Assembly: GCA_050950165.1 (NCBI GenBank)
Contig: JBMNHC010000001.1
Coordinates: 389,738 to 453,737 of the forward strand
DNA: 64,000 nucleotides
Direction: 5' to 3'
Origin: Candidatus Dojkabacteria bacterium
GTDB lineage: Bacteria > Patescibacteriota > Dojkabacteria > SC72
The stretch's first letter is position 1; the number at the start of each line of letters is the position of its first letter. This document shows, piece after piece, positions 50,782 through 59,828 of the stretch. The position numbers and the translations under genes were made by a program. A model generated the notes under the pieces. It was not told the origin of the DNA, did not search any database, and saw only the letters and a list, made by a program, of their open reading frames with translations.

Positions 50782-51948
50782 ATGGTTAATATTTTTTCTA
50801 GACCAAAAAAAACGTCAATGAGATTAGAGGAGGTTACTAAGCAGCTCTCACAGCTTAAGATTCCTCTTAGTTATGTATTTACACCGATTAATCTAAAGGT
50901 AGAGAAAGAGAAGTTTTTACAATCAGATACATATGAACCACAGTTTCAATACAGGGTTGTTAAGAATCATAATGAAGAGATATTAAAAAATCTTTCATCA
51001 CTAAAAGAGATTTCTGATGTAGATCCTAGAATTTCAGATTTTTACATTGAGTTAATTGAATCTAAGAGAGATTCTAGTGATTTAATGCATGCAGTGGGTA
51101 ATAATGATTTGGTATCAGAACTTTCGTACAAGAAATATGGTAAGCCATCTGCACCACTTTTTAGGAATGCTTCTAGGGTTTTGAGAGGTAAGGTAGATTC
51201 TTACAAGCTTGTAGATAGGAAGAGAGTTAAAGGAGAGGATTTATTAAAGTATGATGAGATTAAGGATGCATTTCTTGTTGTATTTAAATCTTTTGGATTA
51301 GATGATTGGAGTGTTGCTAAGTCAGGTAATATAGCGAAGGGTGGTGCTAAGGTAGGTATTAAGAGAAGGGAGGTGTTTTTAGATCCAGATATAGAGAGGA
51401 CAAAATTTAAGCTTAAGAAGACATTGGTTCATGAGGTTGGTACTCATGTATTGAGGGCTGTTAATGGTATGAATAGTGGTTTTGAGGCGCTTTCTAAGCC
51501 TACACTTCCTAGCTATTTAGATGTAGAGGAGGGTTTAGCTGCTTGGAATGAGTCTGAGATGGGTCTTTTAACTCTTCGTTCACTAAAGGAGAAGGCCGCT
51601 CTGTTATGGGCTGTGTATATAGGGGAGAGTCTTACTTTTAGAGAGTTGTATAATAGTTTACTGGGTATATTTCCAAAGTATACTGCTTTCTCTATTACAT
51701 ATAGAGTTAAGCGTGGACTAGGGGATACAAGTTATCATGGTATATTTGCAAAGGATGTTGTTTACTTCAGAGGTTTTAGAAGAGTAAAGAGAAGGTTAGA
51801 GAGAGATAAGTCTTTGTATGAGAAATTGTATGCAGGGAAGATTAATTTTAAACAGTGTGAGTGGGTAGATACTGGACTTATTCCTAAGGCAAAGATTGTT
51901 CCTAACAAAGATATGTGGGTTCGTATATTTAGAGACGCAGGTCTATAA
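50782..51948 (+). CDS. DUF1704 / MATCAP-like zinc carboxypeptidase
   Basis: HEVGTH (HExxxH), EEGLA, RVKRG and AKDVVYFRG motifs. Starts 12 bp after the mreB stop. Confidence 0.85.
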   Translation: MVNIFSRPKKTSMRLEEVTKQLSQLKIPLSYVFTPINLKVEKEKFLQSDTYEPQFQYRVVKNHNEEILKNLSSLKEISDVDPRISDFYIELIESKRDSSDLMHAVGNNDLVSELSYKKYGKPSAPLFRNASRVLRGKVDSYKLVDRKRVKGEDLLKYDEIKDAFLVVFKSFGLDDWSVAKSGNIAKGGAKVGIKRREVFLDPDIERTKFKLKKTLVHEVGTHVLRAVNGMNSGFEALSKPTLPSYLDVEEGLAAWNESEMGLLTLRSLKEKAALLWAVYIGESLTFRELYNSLLGIFPKYTAFSITYRVKRGLGDTSYHGIFAKDVVYFRGFRRVKRRLERDKSLYEKLYAGKINFKQCEWVDTGLIPKAKIVPNKDMWVRIFRDAGL

Positions 51949-51961
51949 TAGGCTTATAGTT

Positions 51962-51990
51962 TTGAAGTTTCCCCCTTATTTTGGTATAAT
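51962..51990 (+). promoter_or_regulatory. Promoter of mini-gene 52031
   Basis: TTGAAG (51962-51967), 17 bp, TATAAT (51985-51990) with an extended TG. Confidence 0.7.
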
Positions 51991-52030
51991 TATATATATT
52001 GCACATTAACTATTATTAAGGAGGTTTCAA

Positions 52031-52342
52031 ATGCCAGAAGGATTCAAAACGGAAGATGTGTTGTCTGTTTATGTAGACAAATTACTTCCAGGTTCTTCAT
52101 ATGAAGGAATTATGCAACTCTTGGAGTTTATGTATGGGGGAGTATTCTCTCAAAAAGATATGAGTTACATAATTCATAAGTGTGGTGTTTCGTTAGCAAA
52201 ACAACACCCTTGGGTAAAGGAAATTAAAGTTCCTGAAAACTATTCAGACACACCCGCCCATCTTTGGATGGAGGATATTGTTAAGAAATATGGCGAGACT
52301 CATTCAGTCGAGCCTTTGAAAAAAGGAGAGATTATAAGTTAA
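52031..52342 (+). CDS. Small hypothetical protein (103 aa) with a strong Shine-Dalgarno
   Basis: AAGGAGG 6 nt before the ATG, with its own promoter and terminal hairpin. Confidence 0.8.
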   Translation: MPEGFKTEDVLSVYVDKLLPGSSYEGIMQLLEFMYGGVFSQKDMSYIIHKCGVSLAKQHPWVKEIKVPENYSDTPAHLWMEDIVKKYGETHSVEPLKKGEIIS

Positions 52343-52348
52343 TAGTGC

Positions 52349-52410
52349 AAGAAGCCTAAGGCATATTTATTGTGTAATACAATTGTTAAAAGTATGTCTT
52401 AGGCCTTCTT
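52349..52410. terminator. Long hairpin between mini-gene 52031 and the convergent ATP-grasp operon
   Basis: gcctaaggcatatt (from 52354) pairs with agtatgtcttaggc (to 52404), with an inner attgt..acaat stem and a T-rich run downstream. Confidence 0.7.
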
Positions 52411-53364
52411 ATTCTTTTTAAAAGCAGTTATTATCTCTTTTGCAATATTATGAGCATTACCACCTGTTTTTTGCTCATACGCTTTAAATCCTGGATGTAA
52501 GCTAATCTCCTGTAGTAATGGCTTCTCATTTAAGTGCATAATATCTACTGCTAAGAAATCTGAATCTAACTTCTGTGCAACTTTGGTTGCTAATTCCAAT
52601 TCCTCCTTAGTAGGATTGTTGTATAGAGAGTATTTCCCTTTGCTTACAGTAATGAAACCTTCCTGTGCTTCTCTTACCCACCCTGTGATAAATTTACTAC
52701 CTTTTAAGAAGAGTCTCATATCCCTTGGTATATCTGCAAATTGCTGTATAAAAAACCTAGAGTGATTTAAATCTTTTAATACCTCTTGTCTTAGATCATC
52801 CTCGTTAGAAAGTTTAAATACATTCTTCTTTATCACCTCTTTACCATTAACACTCTCTAATCTATTAACCCCTGCATACTCTTTCATTATTAAAGGATAT
52901 GTCTCTAAAACATCTCTATGTGCTAGATAGTTTCCATCTGATCTAAAGTATGTATTGAAGTAGGGGATATCATTTAAAAAACAGAATATTGCTAAAGCTA
53001 TCTTGTTGTAGTAGGGAAGTTTTTTAATTGCACGACTATTCTGTACTAGTATATTACTATCCGGATTCTTTAAATTGTGATGATCTATGTAATCGATGAT
53101 GTATCTTTTATAGTGATACTCCATTTCATTATCTAAAGTATGACCTCTGAATATTATATGTGTATATTTCCTAATATCTTCTCTCTTGACCTTAATATTC
53201 ATCTCTCCATCTATGAATTCAAACTCTAACTCATCGTAGTATGCAAGAGAGTTAGGTATATTCTCTTTTGCTAACTCTTCTACTAATCTTAATGAAGCAC
53301 TTGGTATTCCATCCTTATTTCCTGTTTCTACTCTCTGTCTTTTATCTAGTATTAAGTAGTGCAT
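52399..53364 (-). CDS. Divergent RimK-like ATP-grasp protein
   Basis: YNKIA..IPYFNT, YPLIMK, FFIQQF..DMRLFL, FLAVDIM..LLQEIS.HPGF. Confidence 0.72.
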   Translation of the reverse strand: MHYLILDKRQRVETGNKDGIPSASLRLVEELAKENIPNSLAYYDELEFEFIDGEMNIKVKREDIRKYTHIIFRGHTLDNEMEYHYKRYIIDYIDHHNLKNPDSNILVQNSRAIKKLPYYNKIALAIFCFLNDIPYFNTYFRSDGNYLAHRDVLETYPLIMKEYAGVNRLESVNGKEVIKKNVFKLSNEDDLRQEVLKDLNHSRFFIQQFADIPRDMRLFLKGSKFITGWVREAQEGFITVSKGKYSLYNNPTKEELELATKVAQKLDSDFLAVDIMHLNEKPLLQEISLHPGFKAYEQKTGGNAHNIAKEIITAFKKNKKA

Positions 53365-53366
53365 AT

Positions 53367-55061
53367 TTATATTATTTTAATTTTATTTATTAACCTCATT
53401 CGTTTATACCCTTTCAATATCTGCATAAATTCTCTGTTTTTAGAGTTCTCTTTAGTAATGTAGAGAGTATGAATATGATCAAAACCTAAACCATGTTCAG
53501 AAACTTCTGACCAATCTCTGTAATGTAAAATGATTACATCTAGTGAGGCGTTACACTTAATTGCATCTAAAAGATTCTCTCTATCTACACCTTCATTAAT
53601 TAATAGTCTGTTAATGTAATATTTATCTCCAATTATCTCTCCTACAGACTCATGTTCTTGAATAACTCTTTTCTTTCTTAAAATTGTAGATATATCATCT
53701 CTGCTCTGTCCAATTAGTACATATTTTTTACAACTGTTTTGTTCTAGTAGAGCATCAATGAATTTCTCTGCTACATATTCTCTCTGCTTACCTTGAGTAG
53801 GGAAGAGATTAAGATATGCCTCTGGCATCATATTTATCTCTAATATTGCTCCATTTTCTTTAGTAAGAGGTTTAGAGATATCTTTACAAAGTATATCTAT
53901 ACCTAGTGCGAATATATGTAGGGATTGTGCAATACTTTCAACTATTAACCTAATCTCTTCTCCAACACTATCTGTAAAATCTTCTGTAGTTCCTCCTTGG
54001 CTCATACTAGCAATATTTCTTACAAATATCTGTTCATCTTTTTTAGGTATACTTTCTAGTGTAAGGTTCTTACTCTCTAGTAGGTTTATAAGGGGCTCAT
54101 CTATAACTATCGGTTTTAATATATGGGATGGATTAGTTATATCTCTTCTTGGATCTCTATTTGTTTCTTCTATTAATTCTTTGATAGTTTGTTTGCCATC
54201 TCCTACAATAAATGCAGGTACTCTCTTTGTAGCTATCTCTAACTTACCGTTGATTACAAGAAGTCTGTAATCTTCTCCTTGGACTTGTTCTTGCATCATT
54301 ATTTTAGCTTGCCATGAAGCTCTTACCTTACTATCTATTACCTTTTTTGCTATTGAGAATGCTCTCTTTGCTTCCTCTACAGTATTTATATTCACAGTCA
54401 CGCCCTTCCCACCAGTAAGACCAGTGGGTTTTATAACTACTGGCTTAGAGTAATCCTTGAAATTTTTATCTATATCCTTTTCACTCTCTAATATCTCCCA
54501 TTTTAGAGATGGTAGACCTAATCTCTCTATGAAAAGATTACTAGACCACTTGTCTTTCTGTATCTTATGAGCAAAATATGAATCTTTACTAGATACAATG
54601 GAAGCAGTAATATGGGAACCTTTCCCACATCCTAATGTATAGTATCTATTAAATACTCCTACATATCCTTTCTCTATTCCTTCTATTACTTCTTTACCGT
54701 GTATTGTAGGAGTTATTTCTAAATTTCTTCTCTGTGCAGCTTCAAGTATAGATATTGAAGACATGGATTTAACTCTTCTAGCAATTATTGTGTCATTGAT
54801 AAAGTCGAAAGCTTCTTTGTAGGTAATCTCTCTGTTATTAAGTTTCTGAATATATTCCTCTGCTTCTTTCCATATACTTAGAAGTTTAGATTTGATAGTG
54901 AGTTGAGCAGGAGAGAGAAGGTACTCTGTAATGAAGATGGGGTGGTATGATGCGATATGGTCTAGTAGTTTGGTAATATCTGAGAGATTATCTCCATCTA
55001 AAGGTATCTTGATAGTAGTAAATTGAGATTCTAGATTGATTCCGTGTAGTATTTTAGCCAT
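53367..55061 (-). CDS. Cyanophycin-synthetase-like ATP-grasp ligase with a truncated C-terminal (Mur-ligase) region
   Basis: SILEAAQRRN, PVVIKP..GGKGVTVNI, GEDYRLLVINGK..RVPAFIVGDGKQTIKELI..NRDPRR, SQGG, GIDI..DISKPL..ILEINMMP. Confidence 0.82.
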   Translation of the reverse strand: MAKILHGINLESQFTTIKIPLDGDNLSDITKLLDHIASYHPIFITEYLLSPAQLTIKSKLLSIWKEAEEYIQKLNNREITYKEAFDFINDTIIARRVKSMSSISILEAAQRRNLEITPTIHGKEVIEGIEKGYVGVFNRYYTLGCGKGSHITASIVSSKDSYFAHKIQKDKWSSNLFIERLGLPSLKWEILESEKDIDKNFKDYSKPVVIKPTGLTGGKGVTVNINTVEEAKRAFSIAKKVIDSKVRASWQAKIMMQEQVQGEDYRLLVINGKLEIATKRVPAFIVGDGKQTIKELIEETNRDPRRDITNPSHILKPIVIDEPLINLLESKNLTLESIPKKDEQIFVRNIASMSQGGTTEDFTDSVGEEIRLIVESIAQSLHIFALGIDILCKDISKPLTKENGAILEINMMPEAYLNLFPTQGKQREYVAEKFIDALLEQNSCKKYVLIGQSRDDISTILRKKRVIQEHESVGEIIGDKYYINRLLINEGVDRENLLDAIKCNASLDVIILHYRDWSEVSEHGLGFDHIHTLYITKENSKNREFMQILKGYKRMRLINKIKII

Positions 55062-55077
55062 GTCTTTGTAGAAAAAA

Positions 55078-56055
55078 TTATATAGTTTTAATAATATATT
55101 CTAGTATAGGGATAGCTACTTTAACAGATTCTCCTTGATCTACTTTGTAGTGTAGTCTTAATCCTGGATTGTAGTTGATTTCATTTACTCCGCATTTACT
55201 AGGCTTAGTTATATCTTTAGCTATGATATCTACTCCTCCAAATTTAGCCCCTATAGCTTTTACTGCAGCAATGGCGATATCTTTATAGTAAGGGTGCACT
55301 AGAGTAGAGCACTCTTGTGTAGTACCTCCTGTAGTTAGATTACAGTTATACCTAAGTATTACCTCTTGATTATTATTAGGTATGGAGGATAGCTTTAGTC
55401 CTAACTCTGTTAGTCTAAGTTTAACTTCATTATCTATACTGATAGGTAGAAGCAAATTGGCCTTTCTCTCTCTATTTCTCTGTTCTATTAATTTCTTAAT
55501 ACTATCTTTTCCATTTCCCACTACAGAAGGAGCTTTCCTTTTTACTATACCTACAACTCTATCTCCTACAACTAGGAATCTATAGTTTTCGCCCTTTAGA
55601 AACTCTTCACCTAGTACCTTGTCTTGATCTTTTGTTTTAGATTTTCTATATGCCTCCTTATATGCCCTTACTACCTCTCTTCTGTTGTGAGGAAGTATAC
55701 TAACACCACTTCCACCTAACTGTTGAGATGGTTTAATTACTATATGCCTATACTTATTAAAAAAATCCAAAGCATCCTGCTTACTTCTTAGTACTACCTG
55801 TTTAGGAATAGGTATATTGGTAGAAGAGAGTACAGCATTAGTTAAATGTTTTCTTTTAGCAATTGTAGTACTAGTTGTATTGGTAAGTGGAGTTGCTGTA
55901 TTAATGATGAACCAATGTTTACCTTTATACTCAAATCTAGCCATTAGTGCATACTTTACTATCTCATATTTAATACCCAATATATCTGCAGCCTCAATGT
56001 AGTAAGCAAGATGTACATTACCTGCAATTTTTAGATATTCACTATATCTCTTCAT
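55078..56055 (-). CDS. Stand-alone CphA/GshAB-type ATP-grasp ligase
   Basis: IVIKPS..GGSGVS, GENYRFLVVG, PSVVGNGKDSIKKLI, NLTTGG, GGVDII..EINYNPG. Confidence 0.82.
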   Translation of the reverse strand: MKRYSEYLKIAGNVHLAYYIEAADILGIKYEIVKYALMARFEYKGKHWFIINTATPLTNTTSTTIAKRKHLTNAVLSSTNIPIPKQVVLRSKQDALDFFNKYRHIVIKPSQQLGGSGVSILPHNRREVVRAYKEAYRKSKTKDQDKVLGEEFLKGENYRFLVVGDRVVGIVKRKAPSVVGNGKDSIKKLIEQRNRERKANLLLPISIDNEVKLRLTELGLKLSSIPNNNQEVILRYNCNLTTGGTTQECSTLVHPYYKDIAIAAVKAIGAKFGGVDIIAKDITKPSKCGVNEINYNPGLRLHYKVDQGESVKVAIPILEYIIKTI

Positions 56056-56073
56056 ATATTGTTAAGTAAAATA

Positions 56074-57549
56074 TTAGAAAGTACCACTTGTATCTATTAG
56101 GTATCCTGAAAGATCAGACCTGCCAATTATTACAGGTTGAGGTATATCTTGTATATCTATAGAGATGAACTCGGTTATTCGTATTGTATCTGACATCTTT
56201 ATTACTATCTCAAATACAGGTCTAACCTTTATCTCTCCGTTCTCTACTATCTTTGCTAACCTCTTAATATCTTCATTCTTAGTAATCTCTTTCTCATGTT
56301 TATCTATATATTCCTGAGCATCTTTAAAGCTCTCAAACTTAGATGGAATATTAAATTTATTAAACTCCTTTGTTGCATTTAGATATCCAATACGGTTTGC
56401 AAGAGCAGAAGAGATTCTAGAAGTAAGAGTTCCTGTATCCATAAAAGCATTTACTATCTCTCTCTTTACATCCTTTCTCTTCTTTATCTTCTCTACATCT
56501 ACCCCTTTGTTGTATATTGAGATTTTTTCAGTAATATTTAAAACCTTTCTACCACTAATAGCTTCGATACTCTCTTCGATTTCACCTCCAAAAAGATTCT
56601 TTGATACCCTGATACCGTGTTTAATACTCTTAATCTTTAAATCTTGTACCTTTTCTAATCTCCATCTAAGTCCAGCTTGGTTAGCAACTTGAATACCCAG
56701 TCCTGGTCTAGCATTTATTTCGAATACAACAGGTCCTTTCTCTGCATCTATTGCAATATCCACCCCTATATATCCTAATTTACTAAATTTTTGACACTTA
56801 AGTGCAATCTCTAACATCTCATTCCAGTATGGTATCTGAATACCTTTTAGAGATTTGTTCTCTTGTAAATCTATTGTAGAGTCTATTAGTTTGTAAGTAT
56901 CTGTTCTAAATGCAGAAGCTGGCATATGCATAGAGTAGGTAGTAATTCCAGACTCCATATCTATACCTGTACATATTGCTCCAGAGTGTAAGTTTGCAGT
57001 ACCGTTAGACTTTTTAGTAGGAAGTCTTAGCATAGCCATAACAGGGACCTGATTAAAACAGATGATTCTAATATCTGGTACACCCTTGTATGAATACTGC
57101 TTAAGTAGGGGATCTGTTTTAATTCTCTCCTCTATTATCGCAATATCATTTTTATTACTCATGGAGAATCTTCCATCTAAGATATTCTCTATATGTAATA
57201 TGATGTCTTTTTTAGTCATAGTAGAACCATTTGGTCGTATCCAAGCCTCTTCTCCTTTTTTCTTACCAAAGAATATTACAATACCATTACCACCTGTTCC
57301 CTTGTTCGGTTTAATTACAAAACTTTTAGGTAAACTATCCCAGTCTAAGGATTTTAACTGTCGTTTAGTTCTAATTAACTTGTATACCTCTGGTGTTTGA
57401 ATTAGTTCTTTTTTAAGAACTCTCTTTGTTATTATCTTGTTGTCAGCTACAGCCTTAGCAGAAGGAGAGTTGTATCTCCTAATATATTCCTGGTTTCTTC
57501 TATTCAATCCAAGTATATGTTTATACTTCCTATTAATTAGAGATATCAT
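56074..57549 (-). CDS. Alpha-L-glutamate-ligase-like (RimK-related) ATP-grasp fused to a C-terminal retropepsin-like (RimB-type) protease domain
   Basis: ILGLNRRN, ADNKI, FVIKPNKGTGGNGI, GVPDIRII, AMLRLPT..SNGTANLHSGA, GYIGVD, EINARPGLGIQVAN. The C-terminus has AFMDTGTLTSRIS and PVIIGRSDL. Confidence 0.85.
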   Translation of the reverse strand: MISLINRKYKHILGLNRRNQEYIRRYNSPSAKAVADNKIITKRVLKKELIQTPEVYKLIRTKRQLKSLDWDSLPKSFVIKPNKGTGGNGIVIFFGKKKGEEAWIRPNGSTMTKKDIILHIENILDGRFSMSNKNDIAIIEERIKTDPLLKQYSYKGVPDIRIICFNQVPVMAMLRLPTKKSNGTANLHSGAICTGIDMESGITTYSMHMPASAFRTDTYKLIDSTIDLQENKSLKGIQIPYWNEMLEIALKCQKFSKLGYIGVDIAIDAEKGPVVFEINARPGLGIQVANQAGLRWRLEKVQDLKIKSIKHGIRVSKNLFGGEIEESIEAISGRKVLNITEKISIYNKGVDVEKIKKRKDVKREIVNAFMDTGTLTSRISSALANRIGYLNATKEFNKFNIPSKFESFKDAQEYIDKHEKEITKNEDIKRLAKIVENGEIKVRPVFEIVIKMSDTIRITEFISIDIQDIPQPVIIGRSDLSGYLIDTSGTF

Positions 57550-58213
57550 CTTTGTTTGAGATAGAAAATCTAAAGTAATCTTTTAATCTTAAACCTGTAA
57601 ACTGACCCAAAAGAATATTAAATATTGTTAAGAGAGGCAATATCCAAAGATTGTTTAAGAGATATCCCGACACTATCTCTCTAGTTATTACAAACCAACC
57701 TACAGTAGCAACTAGTATAGTTCCAAAAAGTGTAAGTAGAGATCCCTTAAATGATTTCTTTAGGTATTGTTTGATAAAGAAATCAGAAAGTGCAGCTATG
57801 GAGATAAATGCTAGAGGAGGTATATTTACCATATTGTCTAAACCTAGATTAAATCTATCAACTACAATAAAGAGAAGAAGTAGTACCATTGCTAGAATGG
57901 TATAGTTTGTTGCTATACGAGTAATGTAGTGCATTCTAATTTTACTTAATATTGAAAAAGAAAATATTGAAGTAAGAATTACTACCGAAGTTATAACTAA
58001 TCCATACTTTAATCCTGTATATGAGTAGGCTATAGCTAAGATAATTGGTGCATATATTCCGTATGTTTTAGAATCAAATATATATCTAGCTATACCAACT
58101 ATAGTGGCTAACACACATACCGCTATTAAAAGCTCTAGTACTTTTTCAGATACTCCGTTTTGTAATAACCACTCAGTTAATCTTGATGTTTCAAACATAT
58201 CTTTGGAATTCAA
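57533..58213 (-). CDS. 7TM membrane protein of the type associated with alpha-L-glutamate-ligase-like operons (7TM_transglut-like)
   Basis: About 7 hydrophobic helices, R..KTYGIYAP, RMHYITR and ILLGQFTGLRLKDYFRF. Overlaps the ligase start. Confidence 0.82.
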   Translation of the reverse strand: MNSKDMFETSRLTEWLLQNGVSEKVLELLIAVCVLATIVGIARYIFDSKTYGIYAPIILAIAYSYTGLKYGLVITSVVILTSIFSFSILSKIRMHYITRIATNYTILAMVLLLLFIVVDRFNLGLDNMVNIPPLAFISIAALSDFFIKQYLKKSFKGSLLTLFGTILVATVGWFVITREIVSGYLLNNLWILPLLTIFNILLGQFTGLRLKDYFRFSISNKDDISN

Positions 58214-58312
58214 AAATTAGAACAGTTTCTAATATAATTATACTTTGTATCTATATATATTGTCGAATGTATAGAGTAATATATATTAATTATTAAAAAT
58301 TATATAAAAATG

Positions 58313-58366
58313 CAACTAAGAGTTTACACAAAACAACTGTAAGTTGGTGGTTGCAACCTAAGTATT
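58313..58366. promoter_or_regulatory. Putative XRE operator array (CAAC-N5-GTT(G/T))
   Basis: CAAC-TAAGA-GTTT at 58313, perfect CAAC-TGTAA-GTTG at 58334 and a half site at 58354, spaced 21 and 20 bp. Confidence 0.55.
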
Positions 58367-58405
58367 TGATTAATATTTAGCAATTAAATTTAATATATAT
58401 TTAAA

Positions 58406-59764
58406 ATGAGCTTTAGAAAAAACCTAGAGTATTTAAGGAAGAAAGCAAAACTCTCGCAAGAAGATTTAGCTTTCAAACTTGGTGTCTCAAGACAAGCTGT
58501 ATCTAAGTGGGAATCAGGTGCTGCATATCCTGAAACAGAAAAAATCATTACAATCTGTTCCCTCTTTGATTGTAACTTAGATGAGCTAATTAAAGAAGAT
58601 ATCTCTGAGTTAAGAAATGAAGAGACAAAGAGATATACATTTAATGATCTAGTTCATGCTATAGAAGATCTTGTTAAGAGAACATCTGAGATGTTTAGTA
58701 ATATGAGTATTAAGTCTGCTTTTAGATTTCTTTTTGAGTTAGGTATTTTAATCATCCTAATTTTAATGTTAAGAATTCCTTTTGAATATATTACGAATTT
58801 AGGAAATGGAATATTCTTTGCGATAGGGGGGACAGTAGGCAAGATATCTTTAGCCTTATGGAGATTTGTTATCGAGGTAGTGTATTTAATAAGTGCTGTA
58901 GTATCATTTGTATATATATACAAGATTAGATTTTTGGATAAGGTAGACTCTATTATCCCAGTAGAGAAAGATAAGAAAGAAGAGATTAAAAAGGAGGTTA
59001 AGGTAGTAAAGTATGATTTCGGAATTCTCTCTTTGTTAGGTAAGATGATACTTTTTTCTATTAAAGTATTCCTTCTTTTCTTTTCTGCTTTAATAGTTTT
59101 TTTGATGTTTATCTCTATTGTTTGTTTAGTAGTTGTAATATCTTGGATGTTTAGTAAGGTCTTTATCTTTAGTGCAATATTATTTTGTCTTACAGCTCTA
59201 CTATTAGCTGTACTTTTACTTTACGTTATTTACAACTTTATACTAAATAGAAGGAGTAAGTGGGAGAAGGTCTTTATATTTCTCTTAGTATCTATACTAG
59301 GGTTTGGTGTTAGTGTTGGAGTAGGGTTTTTGGAGATGAAAGAGTATACATTTACTACTAAGCAACAGGGATTTCTTGTCGAGGATAGAAAGGTGGAGAG
59401 TTTTAATATGCAAGATGATTTAATTTCGGCAGTAAACTATATATGGGGAGGTGATATACAATATGTAGAGGATGAGAAACTATCAGACAGTGTTGAAGTT
59501 ACAGCTATTTACTATGGAGATTTTGTAAAAAGAGAAGATGTTCGTATCGAGAAAGTAAATGGTAATCAAATTATCGCAACAGTAGATAGAATGGAAATTC
59601 CTCTATCTCCAGTATACAGAGTATTTTTAAGGGGTCTTAGGGATAAGGTTGTATATGTGGATTATCATAATCTTTTTGATATTCAGAGGATAGAGATACG
59701 ATCAAGTAAGGGGAATATAAAGAAGTTGGAGAAGAATTTTATAGATTTTAGGAACAATCTGTAA
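58406..59764 (+). CDS. XRE-family HTH regulator fused to a multi-TM domain
   Basis: LRKKAKLSQEDLAFKLGVSRQAVSKWESG..PE followed by several TM helices and a C-terminal soluble domain. Confidence 0.9.
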   Translation: MSFRKNLEYLRKKAKLSQEDLAFKLGVSRQAVSKWESGAAYPETEKIITICSLFDCNLDELIKEDISELRNEETKRYTFNDLVHAIEDLVKRTSEMFSNMSIKSAFRFLFELGILIILILMLRIPFEYITNLGNGIFFAIGGTVGKISLALWRFVIEVVYLISAVVSFVYIYKIRFLDKVDSIIPVEKDKKEEIKKEVKVVKYDFGILSLLGKMILFSIKVFLLFFSALIVFLMFISIVCLVVVISWMFSKVFIFSAILFCLTALLLAVLLLYVIYNFILNRRSKWEKVFIFLLVSILGFGVSVGVGFLEMKEYTFTTKQQGFLVEDRKVESFNMQDDLISAVNYIWGGDIQYVEDEKLSDSVEVTAIYYGDFVKREDVRIEKVNGNQIIATVDRMEIPLSPVYRVFLRGLRDKVVYVDYHNLFDIQRIEIRSSKGNIKKLEKNFIDFRNNL

Positions 59765-59781
59765 GTCATATTTAAAACAGA

Positions 59782-59804
59782 AAGACCACCTTTAAGGTGG
59801 TCTT
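59782..59804. terminator. Bidirectional terminator hairpin between the XRE gene and rplL
   Basis: Perfect inverted repeat aagaccacctt-t-aaggtggtctt. Confidence 0.75.
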
Positions 59805-59828
59805 GTTCTAATAGCTTTAGTAAATATT

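Noticed and set aside
59782-59804. Second AbiEi operator (shares ACCACCT..AGGTGGT with 13612-13630)
   Set aside because: Half-site spacing differs, and its position between convergent genes is fully explained by a terminator.
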